In this document: positions 57,801 through 64,000 of the stretch, in pieces
Layout: each line of letters opens with the position of its first letter
How positions within the stretch are numbered: the stretch's first letter is position 1
From: a virus
Direction: 5' to 3' (one strand)
DNA length: 64,000 nucleotides
IMG/VR virus record: IMGVR_UViG_3300033146_005170
Location: 1-64,000 of that record
Made by a program: the position numbers and the translations under genes
The notes under the pieces: model-generated
Seen by the model: the letters and a program-made list of their open reading frames with translations, nothing else
Told to the model about the DNA's origin: nothing
The model's database searches: none

Positions 57801-60800
57801 ATGCCTCAACTAATGTGCTTACTACTAAGGATCTCAGTTTATATAATTTTTTAGAAGATAACTTATATGCACCAGAAAAAGGTCTAGAGTATTTGAATTT
57901 AGGAAGTATAAATCCTAATGAACTAATTGAACAAGTACTATATCCACAAAAGACTAAACAAGGAGTTTTAGCTCCAGTTAAAGATCCAAGGCATATAGGT
58001 GAGGTTAGTAAGACTCTTCTAAGTGATGTTCTTCCTAGTGATAAGGCTAAGCTTACTAGACTTAATAGAGGTAAAGCAGCTGCCGCTTTAAGCGATAAAA
58101 GAAACTTTTCTAGATTTCAAGCTCTTGGTAAAGGTTTTTTTGAGACTCAAAATATAGATGATCTTTTAGATGGTTTAAAAGGTCCTAAAGGTCTTACGGA
58201 AGCATTTTCTAGAGCAGCAACTGCCAAGATAGACTTAGTAGCTAATAAAGGCTTTAAGGCCTTTAAAGATACTACTTTTGGTTTAGAAGATTTTAAGGCT
58301 CTTAAAAATTTAACAGTTCCAGAAATAGAACAACGCATTAATGATATTTTTATTGGAGGTAAAAAGTATATTAGGGAGCAATATAATCTAGGAAGATATA
58401 CAAATGCTAAAGCTGGTTATGAAGCTTTAGAAAGTTTAGTTAAAAGACTTCATAGTGCAAGTTCTCTTACTGGCTTTGATATTAAAACTAATCAAGAATT
58501 TTTATTTGATCTTTTTGACTATGATAAAGATCTTTTAACTAAATTAAAGACTAAAAGTTTAACAAAGTATTTAGATATTTATAGAAGTAGCCAACCTGTA
58601 CCACAACTTAGAAGTGGAGATATTTTAGCTGATTATCAGGCTAGCACTTTAAGGGCCATTGAAAAAAGTGTTTTGGCTGAAGTTCTTCCTGGTGGAGGTT
58701 CAGCCTTTGATATTAAACACGCTGTTAAAGATGCCTCTTTTGATTCTACTTCTTTTGAATCTAGACGTTTAGTTGCTTTGAGAGAAACTTATAATAAATC
58801 TCTACCTTATGCTGATGAGCTAAAATTAGGTTATAATCCAGAAGGTCTTAAGCCCTCTAGACCTTTTCCTTTTAGACGTCAATGGAAATTAGGAAGTATA
58901 GGTGAGTTTTGGAATACTGAAAGTACTATGCTTATGCAGGAGTCATTTGCTTCTCCAGAAAAAATAAGAGATTATTTAACTCAGAAAAGGTTAAGCCTAC
59001 AGACTGAAGTAGATTTATACTTGAGTTTAAGTCCAGAAAAAAGAAAGCTTTATTTTAAAAAGCCTCCTTGGGACAGGGTTTTAGATTTTAATGTTCTTTT
59101 AGAAAGGGAATTAGATTATCCTGGGGGTCAGTTAAGTTATAATAAAAAGTATAGACCTTGGCTAGTACCTGAAGAGCCAAAAAGAAAACCTATAGTTCCA
59201 CAAAAAGAAGAGGTATTAGTAGGTACTAAAATTCATAAGCCTAAAACTACTACAAAAAATTCTGATGACGCTTGGTCTTCATTTTTTAAAAAGCACGGTA
59301 CTAAATTTAGTACTGGAGGCAAAGTACCTGGTAAAGGGCATATTGATGAAGTACCAGCATTGTTAACTAAGGGAGAAGTAGTTTTAGATGTAGCTACTTC
59401 AGAAAAACTAGGTATTAAAACTCAAGATGATTATAATAGATTTAAGAAAAAAGTAGCCTCTGGACCTGTAGTTAAATTTGCTAGAGGTGGAATTGTTGAT
59501 GCAGATAAATTAGCTGCCTCTTTAGATAAGCGTTTTACAGGATTAGATTTTGGTTCTCCAGAAGATGTAAATAAATTTACTAAAGTTTTAACTAGTTTAA
59601 ATAAAGGCTTAGCTAAGTTGGGTACAACTATAGATCAAAGAACAGCTTTTACTAATGCAGCTATAGAAAGTATTATGCAAAAAGGTAAGGGTGTACCAAC
59701 TAGTTACACTGCCAGTGAATTAAGACTAGATATTGAAGCTAATCAATTAGAATTTCATTTAAAAAGTGGTAAGGCTCTAGATCAGTTTACTGATATTTCA
59801 GGTCAAAATATAAACTATGATACTGCAAGAGGTTATATTTCTAGACTTGAGGCTAAAGGTCTTAATGTAAATAAAGCTAAATTATATAGTGCTTCAATAG
59901 AGGCTCAAAGAGCTGGATTTTCTGTTAGTGAATTTGAAAGTATGTTGAAAGGGGAGTTTACTGAGCCTATTCTAGCCAAGTTTCAAAATATGAGTGCTTT
60001 AGATAGTAGCTTACTTAAAACAGAATTACCAAATAGTATTACTAAAGGTTTAAAAGAAGCTCTTAAGTTCGCTGCTCCAGAAACTCCAAGTCTAGATAGT
60101 TTTGATAAGTTATTTGTTAAATTAGAAAAAGATGCTCCTCTACTTAAAAGAATTACAGGCATAGACTTTAGAGGTATAGATGATGTTTTACAAAGAGCAG
60201 GAAAAACTTTAAATACAGAAAATAGACTTCAAGAGTTTCATACTAGAGCTAAAGCTTTTGACTTTGAAAAGGTATCTATACCTAAAGGTACAGTTAGTGA
60301 ACTCTATGAAATGCAAGATGTTTTATCTGGTGTTAACAAAGCCTTTAAAGAAATTGAGCATATAGGAGATACTAAAGCTAGAATAGGTTTTCAAGAGTTT
60401 ACTACTGGAATAAGAGAATCTAGATCTATTAAAGAGCATGCTAATGCAAGAGCTAGAGAAATGGCAGCTTTGACTAAACAAAATGCTCTATTTGCAGCTT
60501 CTTATATTGGTATTAATTCAGTTCAACAACTTTTTGGTAATACTTTACAATTTCTTGGGGACTTTGATGATGCTTTAAAAAATCTTCAAGCTATTACTGG
60601 TGATACTTCAGAAGGCCTTAATGTAATGTCAAAGGCCATTAAGCAAGTATCAACTGATACTAAATTTTCAGCTTTAGAAATTTCTGGAGCTGCCACTATT
60701 CTTGGTCAAGCAGGTTTTAGTGCTACCGGTATTCAAAAATCTTTACAAGGGAATGTAGAATTAGCAACAGCAACTGGCTCTAAATTGGAAGACTCTACAC

Positions 60801-63800
60801 AAGTTTTAACTTCAGCTTTGACTATTTGGGATACTTCATTAACAGAGTCTAAAAAATTAGCTAATGAATTCACTGCAGCGATTAATGAATCAAAACTAGA
60901 TATTAATTCCTTAGCTTTGACTTTACAATATGCTGGTAATATTGCAGCTTCAGCTGATGTATCTATTACTGATTTAGTAACTTCAACTTCATTACTTAAA
61001 GATGCAGGTATTAAAAGAGGTTCAACGCTAGGTACAGGCCAACGACTTTTAATTAGTGACTTTGCTAATCCTACTAAAAAGTTTGCAGAGTCTCTAAATG
61101 ATGCAGGCATTTCTATAGTGAAGTTTCAAGATGCTTTTAAATCTAAAGGTTTTCAAGGTGCTTTAAAGATGATGAAAGAGGCAGGCTATGGCTTGGCTTC
61201 TGCGTCTAAAGGTATGGAAGTAAGAGAAAAATCTATATACTTAGCCTTAATTAATCAGTTAGATCAATTTGATACTTTTAGAGAAAGTATATCTGGTACA
61301 GAGGCAGCGACAGTTGCCAATGTAGTACAGATGAGTGCTATTGGTAATAAATTTAAAAATATGGTTAACTCTTGGCAGATTGCAGCAAATGACACTGTTG
61401 ATAATGCTAGTGGTCTATTTAGAAGTGCCTTAGATGCTTTAACTATTAAGCAAGAAAAACCTAATCCTAGAGAGACTTTTATTAATCTTAATAGAGATAT
61501 GTCTAAGGGAGAAAAGCCTTTTACAGAGAGTTCTTTAGTAGGTGCAGGTTTAGAACTAGGTCTAGCAGGTTTAGTGGCTGGTACAGCAGCTAAAGAGTAT
61601 ATAGGTACTACTTTAACTAACCTACCTAGAGTAGGTGGAGCTGTAGGTAAGTATGGTGCTTTGGGTTTAACAACTTTAGGAGCAGGCTTGGCTGGAGCTA
61701 CTTTTGCTCCTGAAGGGAATTCTATGGAGGGAGCCATAGAAGCAATATTACCAGCTTTAGCTTATGAGGGTATGATTAATAAAATAGAAGCTAGAAATGA
61801 AGCTATTAATCAAGGTGCTAGGGGTACTAAAATTTCTGGTATTAGGAAAACTGGTTTAGGCGTGGCAGCTGGACTATTAGTAAATGCTTTTTCTGGTGGT
61901 ACAGAATCTGATAGTGCGTGGACTAGAGCTCTTGCTTCTGGAACTGAATTTGGAGTAACTGGAGCTTTAGTTTCTAAAAATCCTCTAGCAACTGTTGGGT
62001 CAGCAATAGTTGGAGCAGTCTATGGTGCTCTTAATGAACCTAATAGACCTGAGAATGGTTTGTTTCAAGTTCTAGGTAATACTTCTAATGCTCTTAAGTC
62101 TTTAAATACAGAAATAGAAGCAGTGTCTAAGTTTTCAAGACAAGTAGTTAGTCAGCAAAATTCAGCCTATAAGATTTTTAGTGAAGATGATCTAGGCACT
62201 ATTGAATTAAAAAAGAGAGGGGTTATTTCTCAAGCTACTGAATTAGTAGATAATATTCAAGGTCTTGAAGGAACTGTAGCGTCTTTATCTGGTGAAGATG
62301 TAGTTAGAAGTATAGTTGATTCTCTTAAAAATATAACCCCAGAAAAAATAAAAGCTGTCAATGAGGGTAAGGAAGTTTATAGAGTTAATAGACTAGTAGT
62401 TAATGAAGCAGGTACTCTAGAACTAAAACAACTAGAGTATGGAGGTAGTTTTCAAGGACTAGTATCTAAACTAATGGAAGAAGCCGTTAGTGTTACAACA
62501 AATCAAGTAGATAAACTTACTCAAAAGAAATTATTTCCAGTAATTGATAGTTTAAATACTGATAAATTAGAATCTTTAGCCGACAATGCTAAAACTCAAG
62601 ATGAACGTTTAACCCTATTTACTCAAGCTATTAAGCCTATTATAGATATTAGAAAGTCTAATCCAGCCTTTACAGAGAGAAATCAAGATGAATTAATTAA
62701 TCTTATGGAACAGGCAAGAAATGCAACTGCCACTTCAATTTTTGAAGGTAGAAATGCTGAGGCTTGGAAAACCGTTTGGAAAATGGATAAGCAAATTGAC
62801 TCTTTTAAAAGAAGTCTTAATACAGCAGCTACAAGTATTAAAACTCTTCCAGAAAGTATAAACTATGCAAAAGCTGTAATAGATAGATTGAAAGCTGAAG
62901 GTCTCTCAGATAAGGAAATAAGGAGTAGTACAAAATATAAACTTGCTAGAGAGAAATATGTTGATCTAGAAAGATCAAGAGGAGATATAGGCTATTTAGT
63001 AGAACAAGCTAGAGATGGTAGAATTAGGCTAGATGACTTTCAGAAAAAGTCTAATAAGATTTATAAATCTATTTTAACCACTGCTAGTACTAATATTGAA
63101 GATATGATTTTAAATCAAGGAGTTACTCTTACTAATTTATCTGTACAAGTAGCTAAAAATCTCACTGCCTTAGATACAAAAGCTTTGGCCTCTATGAGAA
63201 GTTCTATGGGCACTTGGGGTAAGGATATTGTACCTTTAAGCAATAAAGAAATTATGTCTTTAGGTAAGGATTTAATAACAGCTGATGTAGGTAATAAAGC
63301 TTTAGAAATGTCTAAAGTTCCTCTTGATAAAAGACAAGATATTAAGCTTAGAGATATTAGACAGATAAGTGCTTTAAATGTTAATTTAGCTTCTAAAGAA
63401 GTAGTTCTTGCTGATAAGACTAGAGCTATAGTTAGCAATAAAGTTGAGAATCTTTTAACTGGTTTTATTAAAAATGTTGTTAGCCAGTCTTCATCTGAAG
63501 GTCTAGGGTATTCTGAATATAGACTCTTTAATCAATTTGATAAGTTTGCCAAAAAACTAGGTTATAAAAGTTTACAAACTGCAGATAAATCAAGGCTGGG
63601 CTATTATGAGTTAAAAAATTTAAGTTATCCTGAACTTACTAGTGTTTTTAATGAAACAACTTTAGATAAACTTAATAAGCTTGGAGAGAGAACCCTTGAA
63701 GCTCTTAAGTTAAGTAAAAAAAGAGCTGAAAGAGATGTACAAACTAAAAAAGCTCAAGCTGTAGAAGATACAGAGACTAATTATCTACGTGGAGCTCAAA

Positions 63801-64000
63801 AAATAGCTAGAGATTATATTAGAGGAGATAAGAAAATAGCTTTAGCTAGAGCTAGAGGTTTAGAAGATATTAATAAACAAGCTGAACGTGGTATGATAGA
63901 TCTTCGTAAAGGTCATAAAAGAGGTATGGAAGACCTAGCCATTGCTGAACGAAGAGGCTGGCAAGATATAGCTATAGCTACTGAGAGGGGTCTTCAAGAT
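54899..64000 (+). CDS. Tape measure protein, >3034 aa, runs off the window (not in ORF track)
   Basis: TAATG start MQLNVSTF; no stop found by hand translation; TP901-type domain from ~60560 (DFDDALKNLQAITG...TKFSALEI...LGQAGF...LQYAGNIA); TM-like G/A-rich segments; 11-aa RGxxD repeats at the end. Confidence 0.9.
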   Translation, partial: MQLNVSTFINQLKISNRENPDLFTSIYYRGNKLILNLESSIGSIGLYTFELDRPVRDVRHLLNKEATYVKPLSQMPEGSSLELLELKRTLAVGKPKSRYGSDNLSFLDSLKYSSLDKVVNEFTALAVTNEIKLGKTSLNTFDNSENARRYHRIEALWNKYARANKIAYDKPMAKNLLKTVNSLVHKSLEQSSINPVVATKVPKQIQAKFKKESIQQSKNSKQASILYQKKIDNYKQARLEEYKKPEIHTLKYNFLVDKYGLQQKALKVGNEYVLFSKKGISEGEVASLAANLKHAFGSYPKEYINFKVITPEKAIKAKVTPRESFVYKPTELGYEQVQAGIESDILEYPNYEPIEVEVNGKKYTKKPVSQRTYVYRAMQKLVPQDKEIDLLTKQEQHSLQQKAIKSKAYKQYLELASETLKAFSNPFDSYATTSWNLNRLTYEDLAQIANNLDRPNKYKEFLNYDAFVGKTPKDLFSFGTRRAIIKNAIDLQFKNSPEEELLKKKKDQAIKVASKFGISKDIIENELENIDPKQGIKLLNNIEDFFNESDYLRKTQDMSKLDRYKGTIKNYDDFKSIAKSFGKSFTKNPKEIKSLGLLTRYARNPILNLEGHIRKEVVDSTIYHAIRQAHSFNKLADNSPLSPKYLDDFTALLADEDRLRLLKLFKKLDSYPITKQAIKQTFGSDRAIIEALSKRDDQGRRAIDKAIAFKDGEPVTSEKLTSFIDYGSNLELEAHQKDDIQRTFESLILEEQHNERQAREKGVAYKSKTRAELFNQATSQVKTLGVFDDSLETISYLDKVFRTGKPSVSDILTATETLKLWKPELFETKSLGTSKEFLKPGFLKRQVNNLYSELMNYNFDISNDPKNIFIRLSPELVKRLNSMSESTYYKLWQSSKGTQFDPGLIKFSTNKAEYGPLKQHKEQLTKLVFPEDNLERTAYYRTRILKLLDPVKIKGVNKKLYSELQDYYASTNVLTTKDLSLYNFLEDNLYAPEKGLEYLNLGSINPNELIEQVLYPQKTKQGVLAPVKDPRHIGEVSKTLLSDVLPSDKAKLTRLNRGKAAAALSDKRNFSRFQALGKGFFETQNIDDLLDGLKGPKGLTEAFSRAATAKIDLVANKGFKAFKDTTFGLEDFKALKNLTVPEIEQRINDIFIGGKKYIREQYNLGRYTNAKAGYEALESLVKRLHSASSLTGFDIKTNQEFLFDLFDYDKDLLTKLKTKSLTKYLDIYRSSQPVPQLRSGDILADYQASTLRAIEKSVLAEVLPGGGSAFDIKHAVKDASFDSTSFESRRLVALRETYNKSLPYADELKLGYNPEGLKPSRPFPFRRQWKLGSIGEFWNTESTMLMQESFASPEKIRDYLTQKRLSLQTEVDLYLSLSPEKRKLYFKKPPWDRVLDFNVLLERELDYPGGQLSYNKKYRPWLVPEEPKRKPIVPQKEEVLVGTKIHKPKTTTKNSDDAWSSFFKKHGTKFSTGGKVPGKGHIDEVPALLTKGEVVLDVATSEKLGIKTQDDYNRFKKKVASGPVVKFARGGIVDADKLAASLDKRFTGLDFGSPEDVNKFTKVLTSLNKGLAKLGTTIDQRTAFTNAAIESIMQKGKGVPTSYTASELRLDIEANQLEFHLKSGKALDQFTDISGQNINYDTARGYISRLEAKGLNVNKAKLYSASIEAQRAGFSVSEFESMLKGEFTEPILAKFQNMSALDSSLLKTELPNSITKGLKEALKFAAPETPSLDSFDKLFVKLEKDAPLLKRITGIDFRGIDDVLQRAGKTLNTENRLQEFHTRAKAFDFEKVSIPKGTVSELYEMQDVLSGVNKAFKEIEHIGDTKARIGFQEFTTGIRESRSIKEHANARAREMAALTKQNALFAASYIGINSVQQLFGNTLQFLGDFDDALKNLQAITGDTSEGLNVMSKAIKQVSTDTKFSALEISGAATILGQAGFSATGIQKSLQGNVELATATGSKLEDSTQVLTSALTIWDTSLTESKKLANEFTAAINESKLDINSLALTLQYAGNIAASADVSITDLVTSTSLLKDAGIKRGSTLGTGQRLLISDFANPTKKFAESLNDAGISIVKFQDAFKSKGFQGALKMMKEAGYGLASASKGMEVREKSIYLALINQLDQFDTFRESISGTEAATVANVVQMSAIGNKFKNMVNSWQIAANDTVDNASGLFRSALDALTIKQEKPNPRETFINLNRDMSKGEKPFTESSLVGAGLELGLAGLVAGTAAKEYIGTTLTNLPRVGGAVGKYGALGLTTLGAGLAGATFAPEGNSMEGAIEAILPALAYEGMINKIEARNEAINQGARGTKISGIRKTGLGVAAGLLVNAFSGGTESDSAWTRALASGTEFGVTGALVSKNPLATVGSAIVGAVYGALNEPNRPENGLFQVLGNTSNALKSLNTEIEAVSKFSRQVVSQQNSAYKIFSEDDLGTIELKKRGVISQATELVDNIQGLEGTVASLSGEDVVRSIVDSLKNITPEKIKAVNEGKEVYRVNRLVVNEAGTLELKQLEYGGSFQGLVSKLMEEAVSVTTNQVDKLTQKKLFPVIDSLNTDKLESLADNAKTQDERLTLFTQAIKPIIDIRKSNPAFTERNQDELINLMEQARNATATSIFEGRNAEAWKTVWKMDKQIDSFKRSLNTAATSIKTLPESINYAKAVIDRLKAEGLSDKEIRSSTKYKLAREKYVDLERSRGDIGYLVEQARDGRIRLDDFQKKSNKIYKSILTTASTNIEDMILNQGVTLTNLSVQVAKNLTALDTKALASMRSSMGTWGKDIVPLSNKEIMSLGKDLITADVGNKALEMSKVPLDKRQDIKLRDIRQISALNVNLASKEVVLADKTRAIVSNKVENLLTGFIKNVVSQSSSEGLGYSEYRLFNQFDKFAKKLGYKSLQTADKSRLGYYELKNLSYPELTSVFNETTLDKLNKLGERTLEALKLSKKRAERDVQTKKAQAVEDTETNYLRGAQKIARDYIRGDKKIALARARGLEDINKQAERGMIDLRKGHKRGMEDLAIAERRGWQDIAIATERGLQD

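Noticed and set aside
54899-59300. Virion RNA polymerase fused to the tape measure protein
   Set aside because: No DxDGD catalytic motif found; FDYDKD is not convincing
58147-63438. Minus-strand ORFs at 58147, 60733, 61264 and 63115
   Set aside because: Antisense shadows of the tape measure gene
1-64000. Stop-codon reassignment, tRNA genes, integrase or lysis cassette
   Set aside because: Genes are intact and densely packed in the standard code; no cloverleaf, recombinase, holin or endolysin recognised (they may lie outside the window)

Overview
The window is most of an AT-rich tailed-phage genome with a siphovirus-type layout; no host genes, integrase or tRNA were recognised. It has four blocks. 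(1) 1-10253 (+): distal virion/fibre genes, starting inside a >1900-aa protein. (2) 10245-35347 (-): replication, recombination and nucleotide metabolism: SbcC/SbcD-like pair, RecU, DHFR, dCMP deaminase, thymidylate-synthase homologue, family A DNA polymerase, 5'-3' exonuclease, dNMP kinase, truncated sigma-70-family factor, SNF2 helicase, primase-helicase, dimeric dUTPase-family enzyme, ATP-dependent ligase and small accessory genes. (3) 35348-41030: a repeat-rich non-coding kilobase, then small leftward genes with repeated leaders. (4) 41032-64000 (+): terminases, portal, protease, capsid, neck, major tail protein, frameshifted tail chaperones, and a >3034-aa tape measure ORF that the ORF track misses. 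The dUTPase type, lipoprotein style and TATAAT promoters weakly suggest a Campylobacterota host (inference). Best leads: an apparently split sigma factor (a sigma lacking region 4.2 plus a stand-alone region-4.2 protein) with a GTWAC-N18-TATAAT promoter family; a dCMP-type thymidylate-synthase homologue with a full supporting pathway, suggesting cytosine modification; cassette-like repeated leaders in the early region; a tape measure protein with a ~1880-aa N-terminal extension; and a possible strand-donor fibre system. All calls are by-eye motif recognition; no searches were run.
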